Source of the DNA: Nemertoderma westbladi
Lineage: Eukaryota > Animalia > Xenacoelomorpha
Length of the DNA stretch: 45,908 nucleotides
NCBI GenBank assembly: GCA_032718475.1
Contig: JAUCBJ010006593.1
Coordinates: 1 to 45,908 of the forward strand
Reading direction: 5' to 3'
Position numbers and translations under genes: made by a program. Positions 35,792 through 45,908 of this stretch are shown here, piece after piece. The notes beneath the pieces are model-generated. The model saw nothing but the letters and a program-made list of their open reading frames with translations. It searched no databases and was not told the DNA's origin. The first letter of the stretch is position 1. Every line of letters starts with the position of its first letter.

Positions 35792-36156
35792 TAATTATGA
35801 ACAACTAATGACTAAAATGACTAATGACTAAAAATAGTCTGAGAATAGGCGGAACGTATGAGGTAATGCGATTAAAAATATTATAACCATCGCCTAAAAT
35901 TGTGTTACAGTATTTAAATTAATTTCAGTTCAATACGTTTTATTCTAGTATCCCAAAACAGATTTTCTTTTTTCGAAAGCGTAATATATATACAATCCTA
36001 GTTTTATAAGGTCAGTATCGTATGTCACTCCTATTAGTTCTGCAAACTTCTGAAAATTTGTGTTGGTGCAGTAATAATTACCGACGTATTTTAGGCGGAG
36101 ATTAGTATATCCACTACATTTCAAAAGAAAGTGTAGTTCATTTTCGTTGAAAGACT

Positions 36157-36774
36157 TCCACGAGATGAACACTCTCTCATGCCTCCCACGAGATGTAAAC
36201 TCTCTCAGGTCTCCCCGAGATGTAAACTCTCTCAGGTCTCCCACGAGATGTACACTCTCTCAGGTCTCCCCGAGATGTAAACTCTCTCAGGTCTCCCCGA
36301 GATGTACACTCTCTCAGGTCTCCCACGAGATGTACACTCTCTCAGGTCTCCCCGAAATGTACACTCTCTCAGGTCTCCCACGAGATGAACACTCTCTTAG
36401 GTCTCCCCGAGATGTACACTCTCTCAGGTCTCCCACGAGATGTACACTCTCTCATGCCTCAAACGAGATGTAAACTCTCTCAGGTCTCCCACGAGATGTA
36501 CACTCTCTCAGGTCTCCCCGAGATGTACACTCTCTCAGGTCTCCCACGAGATGAACACTCTCTCAGGTCTCCCACGAGATGTACACTCTCTCAGGTCTCC
36601 CCGAAATGTACACTCTCTCAGGTCTCCCCGAGATGTACACTCTCTCAGGTCTCCCCGAGATGTACACTCTCTCAGGTATCCCACGAGATGTACACTCTCT
36701 CATGCCTCCCACGAGATGTAAACTCTCTCAGGTCTCCCACGAGATGTACACTCTCTCAGGTCTCCCCGAGATGA
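36157..36774. repeat. 27/28-bp minisatellite array M6
   Basis: Same variant order as M3. Confidence 0.97.
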
Positions 36775-38997
36775 AATTTTGACAATGTTTTGTAAATTTT
36801 GTAATTAAAAAAAGCACTAGCTAGTAGCTACCATTAAAAAACACTAGCTAGTAGCTACCATTAAAAAACACTAGCTAGTAGCTACCATTAAAAAACACTC
36901 GCTAGTCTACCATTAATTAAAGAACACTAGCTACTGCAGTAGCAATAGCTACCATTAAAAAACCACTTGCTAGCTACCCTAAATGTTGTTGTGCTACGGG
37001 GTGTTGGGATATATAACAGGAATGACCGGCGTCATAGGCTATCCAAATTACACTGTCTGGAAATTTTATCGAAATCTAAAATTAAATCCTAACATTTTAG
37101 AATTGTTTAAATTTTGAAAATTTTTGTAATTTTTCTTGCAGGGGAGAAAATAAAATTACTTAATTAACTAGTTCGGTATTCTAAAGATAATTTTGAGTTG
37201 TAAAAAATAGATTATAGATTAGACTTATGAATTTCCCACTCCGTTTGCTTTGTAATTTATAAACTCCAGGTTAGCTAGGAAATTACTGGTTATATAGTTA
37301 AGAACACCTAGGATTTTGAGTGTATAGCTCTGTACTAGTTCGGTATTCTAAAGATAATTTTGAGTTGTAAAAAATAGATTCTGAAGAAATAGTTACAGAT
37401 AAATATGGAGTTAATCTTTCTGTGGTTATTTTTAATGTTAGTCGCGGTTTGGAGTATTCCAGGAATAATTATGTTGACGTTTTACGTGAAACATATTAGG
37501 GAGAGGAACAAGAAGCAGAAAGGAAACAAAAAGGATACGTCGACACAAGAGCAATCGAAACAATCGAGGTAATCTGCAAAAAATTATAACTACAATACAA
37601 AGAAATTAAAGCTGTCAATTAAGTGAAAATAGCAATTGTTTGTTTACGTCTTAATTTACTAAGGTGAATTTAATTTAATTGATAAATAAATGAAAAATAT
37701 TAAAATATAAAAAAGAAATATCTAAAGTGTTCACAGAATAGTCTTTAAATAGAACCGTCACCGAATATTCTAAAAACGCGAAAATCGGACTGGAGAGGAA
37801 GCGAGCAGAGTGGAGTAGGGGGGGCGGGCCGTACCTGAAATCGCGAAGGGCCTGAGCGCGTGGGCGCGAGGATTGATCCAAGGTAAGAACCCGGGCCTTA
37901 AATGTGCAGGAAATTACCACGGACAATACCTTGGGTACTAGTGAACGGAAAGTGAAGTACCGGCGCAGCGGTAAGTCTCGTTTGCCTGACGTGATATTCG
38001 GGCTCGGTTCAACCGTCTTCTTAAATCTTCAGCTCAGCAGCTCTCTTCATTTTTTTTTTTAATTGCTGACCACCTTACACGGAGCAACTTTTTTTGAAAA
38101 ACTATGTATTATTTCTTAACGAAAAAATCTCTAAAATTATTTTGAGTTACGTGTTAAGTTTCCCTAATGTCCAGTTTCCATTTGTCATACCAATACTCGT
38201 CATCATTCACTCATTATCATGTAATCAGTCCACAATATTTTACAGAACATAAATCAATAGTCAAAACAGCTATAAAACAGCTATAAAAATAGGCAGAATA
38301 ATGATATTATATCTCCCCATGTATATTATAATACATTTTCATTCAAGCAATCAGAGTAGCAATAATTATACTAATAAGTAATAATTATTAAATTCTCTAC
38401 TCCCCCCCCCCCCCCCCCCCCCCCCCTCAGCTTCCAACTTATTTATCCTATAAGATGCGAAATGATACAATGCTTCTATATATAGGGACATTTACATTGT
38501 TAACTTTAGCTGCTGTCATATATTAATGAGGCCTACGTGCGTTGGTTATTATTGGTTAATTTAACCTGCATTTCAGACATTTCTGGTGTTATAATCTGCA
38601 AAAAATTATGAAATAGGTAGAACATAGGGTGCTAATTATGAACAACTAATGACTAAAATGACTAATGACTAAAAATAGTCTGAGAATAGGCGGAACGTAT
38701 GAGGTAATGCGATTAAAAATATTATAACCATCGCCTAAAATTGTGTTACAGTATTTAAATTAATTTCAGTTCAATACGTTTTATTCTAGTATCCCAAAAC
38801 AGATTTTCTTTTTTCGAAAGCGTAATATATATACAATCCTAGTTTTATAAGGTCAGTATCGTATGTCACTCCTATTAGTTCTGCAAACTTCTGAAAATTT
38901 GTGTTGGTGCAGTAATAATTACCGACGTATTTTAGGCGGAGATTAGTATATCCACTACATTTCAAAAGAAAGTGTAGTTCATTTTCGTTGAAAGACT

Positions 38998-39452
38998 TCC
39001 ACGAGATGAAAACTCTCTCATGCCTCCCACGAGATGTAAACTCTCTCAGGTCTCCCCGAGATGTACACTCTCTCAGGTCTCCCACGAGATGTACACTCTC
39101 TCAGGTCTCCCCGAAATGTACACTCTCTCAGGTCTCCCACGAGATGAACACTCTCTCAGGTCTCCCCGAGATGTACACTCTCTCAGGTCTCCCCGAAATG
39201 TACACTCTCTCAGGTCTCCCACGAGATGAACACTCTCTCAGGTCTCCCACGAGATGTACACTCTCTCAGGTCTCCCCGAAATGTACACTCTCTCAGGTCT
39301 CCCACGAGATGAACACTCTCTTAGGTCTCCCCGAGATGTACACTCTCTCAGGTCTCCCCGAAATGTACACTCTCTCAGGTCTCCCACGAGATGAACACTC
39401 TCTCAGGTCTCCCACGAGATGTACACTCTCTCAGGTCTCCCCGAAATGTACT
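38998..39452. repeat. 27/28-bp minisatellite array M7
   Basis: Same variant order as M4. Confidence 0.97.
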
Positions 39453-40134
39453 CCCCATGTATATTATAATACATTTTCATTCAAGCAATCAGAGTAGCAA
39501 TAATTATACTAATAAGTAATAATTATTAAATTCTCTACTCCCCCTCCCCCCCCCCCCCCCCCCTCAGCTTCCAACTTATTTATCCTATAAGATGCGAAAT
39601 GATACAATGCTTCTATATATAGGGACATTTACATTGTTAACTTTAGCTGCTGTCATATATTAATGAGGCCTACGTGCGTTGGTTATTATTGGTTAATTTA
39701 ACCTGCATTTCAGACATTTCTGGTGTTATAATCTGCAAAAAATTATGAAATAGGTAGAACATAGGGTGCTAATTATGAACAACTAATGACTAAAATGACT
39801 AATGACTAAAAATAGTCTGAGAATAGGCGGAACGTATGAGGTAATGCGATTAAAAATATTATAACCATCGCCTAAAATTGTGTTACAGTATTTAAATTAA
39901 TTTCAGTTCAATACGTTTTATTCTAGTATCCCAAAACAGATTATCTTTTTTCGAAAGCGTAATATATATACAATCCTAGTTTTATAAGGTCAGTATCGTA
40001 TGTCACTCCTATTAGTTCTGCAAACTTCTGAAAATTTGTGTTGGTGCAGTAATAATTACCGACGTATTTTAGGCGGAGATTAGTATATCCACTACATTTC
40101 AAAAGAAAGTGTAGTTCATTTTCGTTGAAAGACT

Positions 40135-40587
40135 TCCACGAGATGAACACTCTCTCCTGCCTCCCACGAGATGTAAACTCTCTCAGGTCTCCCACGAGAT
40201 GTACACTCTCTCAGGTCTCCCGAGATGTACACTCTCTCAGGTCTCCCACGAGATGTACACTCTCTCAGGTCTCCCCGAAATGTACACTCTCTCAGGTCTC
40301 CCACGAGATGTACACTCTCTCAGGTCTCCCCGAGATGTACACTCTCTCAGGTCTCCCCGAGATGTACACTCTCTCAGGTCTCCCCGAGATGTACACTCTC
40401 TCAGGTCTCCCACGAGATGTACACTCTCTCAGGTCTCCCCGAGATGTACACTCTCTCAGGTCTCCCCGAAATGTACACTCTCTCAGGTCTCCCCGAGATG
40501 TACACTCTCTCAGGTCTCCCCGAGATGTACACTCTCTCAGGTCTCCCACGAGATGTACACTCTCTCAGGTCTCCCCGAAATGTACAC
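40135..40587. repeat. 27/28-bp minisatellite array M8
   Basis: Shorter paralog of M5. Confidence 0.97.
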
Positions 40588-40952
40588 TAATTATGAACAA
40601 CTAATGACTAAAATGACTAATGACTAAAAATAGTCTGAGAATAGGCGGAACGTATGAGGTAATGCGATTAAAAATATTATAACCATCGCCTAAAATTGTG
40701 TTACAGTATTTAAATTAATTTCAGTTCAATACGTTTTATTCTAGTATCCCAAAACAGATTTTCTTTTTTCGAAAGCGTAATATATATACAATCCTAGTTT
40801 TATAAGGTCAGTATCGTATGTCACTCCTATTAGTTCTGCAAACTTCTGAAAATTTGTGTTGGTGCAGTAATAATTACCGACGTATTTTAGGCGGAGATTA
40901 GTATATCCACTACATTTCAAAAGAAAGTGTAGTTCATTTTCGTTGAAAGACT

Positions 40953-41570
40953 TCCACGAGATGAACACTCTCTCATGCCTCCCACGAGATGTAAACTCTC
41001 TCAGGTCTCCCCGAGATGTAAACTCTCTCAGGTCTCCCACGAGATGTACACTCTCTCAGGTCTCCCCGAGATGTAAACTCTCTCAGGTCTCCCCGAGATG
41101 TACACTCTCTCAGGTCTCCCACGAGATGTACACTCTCTCAGGTCTCCCCGAAATGTACACTCTCTCAGGTCTCCCACGAGATGAACACTCTCTTAGGTCT
41201 CCCCGAGATGTACACTCTCTCAGGTCTCCCACGAGATGTACACTCTCTCATGCCTCAAACGAGATGTAAACTCTCTCAGGTCTCCCACGAGATGTACACT
41301 CTCTCAGGTCTCCCCGAGATGTACACTCTCTCAGGTCTCCCACGAGATGAACACTCTCTCAGGTCTCCCACGAGATGTACACTCTCTCAGGTCTCCCCGA
41401 AATGTACACTCTCTCAGGTCTCCCCGAGATGTACACTCTCTCAGGTCTCCCCGAGATGTACACTCTCTCAGGTATCCCACGAGATGTACACTCTCTCATG
41501 CCTCCCACGAGATGTAAACTCTCTCAGGTCTCCCACGAGATGTACACTCTCTCAGGTCTCCCCGAGATGA
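40953..41570. repeat. 27/28-bp minisatellite array M9
   Basis: Same variant order as M3 and M6. Confidence 0.97.
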
Positions 41571-43146
41571 AATTTTGACAATGTTTTGTAAATTTTGTAA
41601 TTAAAAAAAGCACTAGCTAGTAGCTACCATTAAAAAACACTAGCTAGTAGCTACCATTAAAAAACACTAGCTAGTAGCTACCATTAAAAAACACTCGCTA
41701 GTCTACCATTAATTAAAGAACACTAGCTACTGCAGTAGCAATAGCTACCATTAAAAAACCACTTGCTAGCTACCCTAAATGTTGTTGTGCTACGGGGTGT
41801 TGGGATATATAACAGGAATGACCGGCGTCATAGGCTATCCAAATTACACTGTCTGGAAATTTTATCGAAATCTAAAATTAAATCCTAACATTTTAGAATT
41901 GTTTAAATTTTGAAAATTTTTGTAATTTTTCTTGCAGGGGAGAAAATAAAATTACTTAATTAACTAGTTCGGTATTCTAAAGATAATTTTGAGTTGTAAA
42001 AAATAGATTATAGATTAGACTTATGAATTTCCCACTCCGTTTGCTTTGTAATTTATAAACTCCAGGTTAGCTAGGAAATTACTGGTTATATAGTTAAGAA
42101 CACCTAGGATTTTGAGTGTATAGCTCTGTACTAGTTCGGTATTCTAAAGATAATTTTGAGTTGTAAAAAATAGATTCTGAAGAAATAGTTACAGATAAAT
42201 ATGGAGTTAATCTTTCTGTGGTTATTTTTAATGTTAGTCGCGGTTTGGAGTATTCCAGGAATAATTATGTTGACGTTTTACGTGAAACATATTAGGGAGA
42301 GGAACAAGAAGCAGAAAGGAAACAAAAAGGATACGTCGACACAAGAGCAATCGAAACAATCGAGGTAATCTGCAAAAAATTATAACTACAATACAAAGAA
42401 ATTAAAGCTGTCAATTAAGTGAAAATAGCAATTGTTTGTTTACGTCTTAATTTACTAAGGTGAATTTAATTTAATTGATAAATAAATGAAAAATATTAAA
42501 ATATAAAAAAGAAATATCTAAAGTGTTCACAGAATAGTCTTTAAATAGAACCGTCACCGAATATTCTAAAAACGCGAAAATCGGACTGGAGAGGAAGCGA
42601 GCAGAGTGGAGTAGGGGGGGCGGGCCGTACCTGAAATCGCGAAGGGCCTGAGCGCGTGGGCGCGAGGATTGATCCAAGGTAAGAACCCGGGCCTTAAATG
42701 TGCAGGAAATTACCACGGACAATACCTTGGGTACTAGTGAACGGAAAGTGAAGTACCGGCGCAGCGGTAAGTCTCGTTTGCCTGACGTGATATTCGGGCT
42801 CGGTTCAACCGTCTTCTTAAATCTTCAGCTCAGCAGCTCTCTTCATTTTTTTTTTTAATTGCTGACCACCTTACACGGAGCAACTTTTTTTGAAAAACTA
42901 TGTATTATTTCTTAACGAAAAAATCTCTAAAATTATTTTGAGTTACGTGTTAAGTTTCCCTAATGTCCAGTTTCCATTTGTCATACCAATACTCGTCATC
43001 ATTCACTCATTATCATGTAATCAGTCCACAATATTTTACAGAACATAAGTAGTAATGGTTTGCCATCTTCGGCGACAGTTTAGTCCAACTTCACACCTTG
43101 GGTGTTAAGTAGGTCATTAATTAATTAATCAATTAATTAATTGGTC

Positions 43147-43227
43147 GATTAAACAATTAATTAATTGTTTAATCAATCGATTTGTATCAAATAATGTTGC
43201 CAAAGGCAATTTAATTTGATACAAATC
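43147..43227. repeat. Two adjacent AT-rich palindromes
   Basis: Perfect 28-bp palindrome gattaaacaattaattaattgtttaatc (43147-43174). A 14-bp stem gatttgtatcaaat/atttgatacaaatc encloses ttgcc-aaa-ggcaa (43179-43227). Confidence 0.9.
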
Positions 43228-44212
43228 AATCAGATAGGGACGCGCGATGAATAAATTGTACTATAACAAACGAAATATACAATACAATATACAATACATT
43301 TGTATTATTTTTGCCATACAATAGGTAAAGGTAGAATTAAATAAAAAGACACGAGCGGGACCCAAAACATAAATTTCCCTCACACGAAAATAAAGTGGCC
43401 CCAGTTTGGCCCCGAGTCATCCCTCAATAATCTGCGGTTGTTGGGCTCTTATTAACCGTAGCATGACTAACCCAAACATCAATGCGTGAATGGGGCCTGC
43501 GTGAATGGGGCCTGCCACAGAGCTTAAATTATTCAAACCCACAGCTTCCAAGAAATTAGAATAAACATCTGCTCTTGCAATAGATTGCATTCTTTCGCAT
43601 TGTATTGCGAAGCAGTCCACGCGCGTCTAACCGCACATAATTAAATAAGGCCCTCATTTAATACATAAGTTATATACAGTTTATCTTAAATTTATTGAAT
43701 TTGTTTTTATTTACAACCCGAATTGTTCTACCATATTATAATTTATGTTTTATTATAACAAGCTATACCCTGTTAATCTTTATTAATTTTATTTGTACTG
43801 AGGTTTTCGAGGGCGCTGTTTCCAATGGTCCTACTCCCAAAACGATGTAACCTACTGTATAATTAATTACTTAAGTCTGCGAGGTATGCGTAAGTAACAA
43901 ATCTCGTTTACCAGTTTTCATTAAAAACTATGAAGCTATATTGCTTAAGAGTTCTGAGGGGCGAGCCATGAGGCAAGGTGTTTGATACTTTTTAGATATA
44001 TTATTACTTAATTTTGACCCCCCAGTCGGTATCTATTACAATATAGGCTATATCTTTTTGCGGAGTAACAGAGTAGTCTGAAGATCCGAGTCTGCTGCTA
44101 GAGGGTGAAATGTCTCAAAGTGAAAATCATACAGTAGCTATGAATTGGTTGCTAGGCAATAATACTACATTTTGTATAGTTAGGCCTATTGCCGATCGAA
44201 CAAAAACTGCCC

Positions 44213-44286
44213 TGGTCCATGTGAGGATCGAACCCACGACCTATTGGAGATGTGATTTCAAAGCAACCACTACACCAAGGTGGAAC
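44213..44286 (-). pseudogene. tRNA-derived sequence (SINE head or tRNA pseudogene)
   Basis: The minus strand has A-box TGGTGTAGTGG and B-box GGTTCGATCC at tRNA-like spacing. The acceptor and anticodon stems do not pair properly. Confidence 0.75.
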
Positions 44287-44354
44287 AGTAACGTTCGAAT
44301 TTGTTCGTTAACGTTCGAATTTGTAAGACTCTGATTTAAGACCTGAGGCACTCC

Positions 44355-44886
44355 CCACAGCCACAGCCACAACCACAACCACAGCCACAGCCACAGCCAC
44401 AGCCACAACCACAGCCACAGCCACAGCCACAGCCACAGCCACAGCCACAGACCACAACCACAGCCACAGCCACAACCACAGCCACAGCCACAGCCACAGC
44501 CACAGCCACAGCCACAGCCACAGCCACAGCCACAACCACAGCCACAACCACAGCCACAACCACAGCCACAGCCACAGCCACAGCCACAGCCACAGCCACA
44601 GCCACAACCACAGCCACAAGCCACAGCCACAGCCACAACCACAGCCACAGCCACAGCCACAACCACAGCCACAGCCACAGCCACAGCCACAGCCACAGCC
44701 ACAGCCACAGCCACAGCCACAGCCACAGCCACAGCCACAACCACAGCCACAGCCACAGCCACAGCCACAACCACAGCCACAGCCACAGCCACAACCACAG
44801 CCACAGCCACAACCACAGCCACAACCACAGCCACAGCCACAACCACAGCCACAGCCACAGCCACAGCCACAGCCACAACCACAGCC
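44355..44886. repeat. (CCACAG)n hexamer microsatellite with CCACAA variants, ~530 bp
   Basis: Read directly from the sequence. Confidence 0.99.
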
Positions 44887-44990
44887 TCACCTTCACCCAC
44901 TTTATTGTTAAATACGCCTGAGAAAAATTCAAGAAACATCTGGTTTACAATAGATTATTCTTTTTTCACAACTCCATTCTAGCCTCCCTC

Positions 44991-45026
44991 TATAAAAGCC
45001 CCCATTCACCGCATTCTCATTCATTC
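44991..45026 (+). promoter_or_regulatory. TATA box plus initiator core promoter
   Basis: TATAAAAG at 44991 and TCATTC at 45017 and 45021 (about 28-32 nt spacing), followed by an ATG-free leader up to 45138. Confidence 0.65.
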
Positions 45027-45137
45027 TCTAATTTTTATTTTTAAAAGTTTTATTTATTTTCATAAAAGTTTTATTTATTTAAAATTTTGTAAAATCATTC
45101 AGCGAAAATTCATAATATCAATTGACATTGCTATATA

Positions 45138-45896
45138 ATGCCTAGCTATGAAAGATGTTTGGTTTGTAATAAAGAAATGAGACGAGACAGTATATCCCGT
45201 CATATGAGTATACATAGAAAGGAAGGTGTAATGGAACCATTACCAAAGAAATTAAAAAATAATGATGATATTTTTAGTGAAGAAGAAAACAAAAAGAGAG
45301 TTGAGAGTGATTTTCTAGAGATTAAACAAATGATGAAACATAAATTCGAGAAAATCATGAATATTTTGAAGAATATACAGAAACAGCCACATAGTGAAAA
45401 GGACGATGAGAGTGAGGAAGAGAATAAATCAGAGGAAAGTGAGAATGATGAAACGGAGAGTGAGATAGAGAAAGAAGAAAATGAGAGTGGTGGTGAAGAA
45501 AATGAGAGCGAGAAAGAAGTCGAGGAACATGAAAGTGGTGAGGATAATGACTCAGATAATGAGGAGATATTAAGACATGTATTAGGAAATAAAAATAAAT
45601 TGCAGAAAATAATTAGACAATTGAATGAAATGCAGAAACATTCGCATAAGGAGAGTGATAATGATGGAAATGAGAGTGATGAGGATGAATCGGAGGAGAG
45701 TAGCGATGACAGTGAGGAAGAATCAGAGGAGAGTAGCGATGACAGTGAGGAAGCATCAGAGGAGAATGACAATGAAAATGGACAGAAAATCAGAGTAGGG
45801 AATGGAAAAGTTATATCTCCAGCAACTGTTGTATATCGACCTAGGATTATGAACAGTAACAGTCGTACAGTTAATGCGAGACAGTGCAGAAGATAA
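45138..45896 (+). CDS. Intronless 252-aa protein: N-terminal C2H2-like zinc finger, basic patch, coiled-coil-like segments and Glu/Asp/Ser-rich tracts
   Basis: CLVCNKEMRRDSISRHMSIH (C-x2-C-x11-H-x3-H), PLPKKLK, upstream TATA/Inr, and an A at -3 of the ATG. Confidence 0.7.
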   Translation: MPSYERCLVCNKEMRRDSISRHMSIHRKEGVMEPLPKKLKNNDDIFSEEENKKRVESDFLEIKQMMKHKFEKIMNILKNIQKQPHSEKDDESEEENKSEESENDETESEIEKEENESGGEENESEKEVEEHESGEDNDSDNEEILRHVLGNKNKLQKIIRQLNEMQKHSHKESDNDGNESDEDESEESSDDSEEESEESSDDSEEASEENDNENGQKIRVGNGKVISPATVVYRPRIMNSNSRTVNARQCRR

Positions 45897-45908
45897 TTAG
45901 ACAATTGA

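Larger units (their letters stand above)
35791..40586. repeat. One full ~4.8-kb higher-order repeat unit (previous copy ~20480-35790 carries the 10.4-kb insertion; next copy 40587-43048 is partial)
   Basis: ORF-track offsets 35945->40741 and 37675->42471 are both 4796; 32768->37675 is 4907. Confidence 0.93.
14042..43048. repeat. 29-kb composite tandem (macrosatellite-like) array of reshuffled modules
   Basis: Recurring modules are a 27-bp cactagctagtagctaccatt block, an ~1-kb AT-rich block, a LINE 3' fragment, the 27/28-bp minisatellite, a poly-C block and a GC-rich block. Similarity starts at ~14042 and stops after gaacataa at 43048. Confidence 0.95.

Noticed and set aside
15535-41570. 27/28-bp repeat arrays as CRISPR arrays
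   Set aside because: The units abut directly with no unique spacers, there are no cas genes, and the context is eukaryotic.
15516-41578. Many ORFs of the MYTLSGLPE / DVHSLRSPR / CTLSQVSP type
   Set aside because: These are stop-free translations of the minisatellite in all frames.
44213-44286. Functional tRNA gene
   Set aside because: A and B boxes are present, but the acceptor stem has mismatches and no anticodon arm can be formed.
44241-44939. Poly-VA, poly-CG and poly-WL ORFs (e.g. metallothionein-like)
   Set aside because: Translations of the (CCACAG)n microsatellite.
45200-45904. 234-aa Ser-rich minus-strand ORF
   Set aside because: Antisense shadow of the Glu/Asp-rich plus-strand ORF.

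Overview
Eukaryotic, probably invertebrate-animal, genomic DNA that is AT-rich and almost entirely repeat- or transposon-derived. I see no prokaryotic operon, CRISPR array or rRNA. From left to right: (i) an intronless 361-aa ORF with a PC4-like ssDNA-binding motif, sitting next to a nested inverted repeat; (ii) a truncated LTR retrotransposon (5' LTR, PBS, tandem-repeat leader) interrupted by a young 5'-truncated LINE with an open RT frame; (iii) a dead CRE-clade non-LTR element whose YxDD motif is deleted; (iv) a 29-kb composite tandem array (14.0-43.0 kb) built from a LINE 3' fragment, a 27/28-bp minisatellite and other modules joined at microhomologies; (v) inside one array copy, a 10.4-kb head-to-tail stack of six non-identical ~1.75-kb non-coding elements. 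These are joined by an inverted-repeat/4-bp-core junction, and the empty target site is visible in four paralogous copies. This is the best candidate for an undescribed system. (vi) A tRNA-derived SINE head, a (CCACAG)n tract and an intronless zinc-finger/acidic ORF with a TATA+Inr promoter. Comparing paralogs also reveals Tc1/mariner-type TACAGTA/TACTGTA excision footprints. All family assignments are by eye from motifs; no database search was run.
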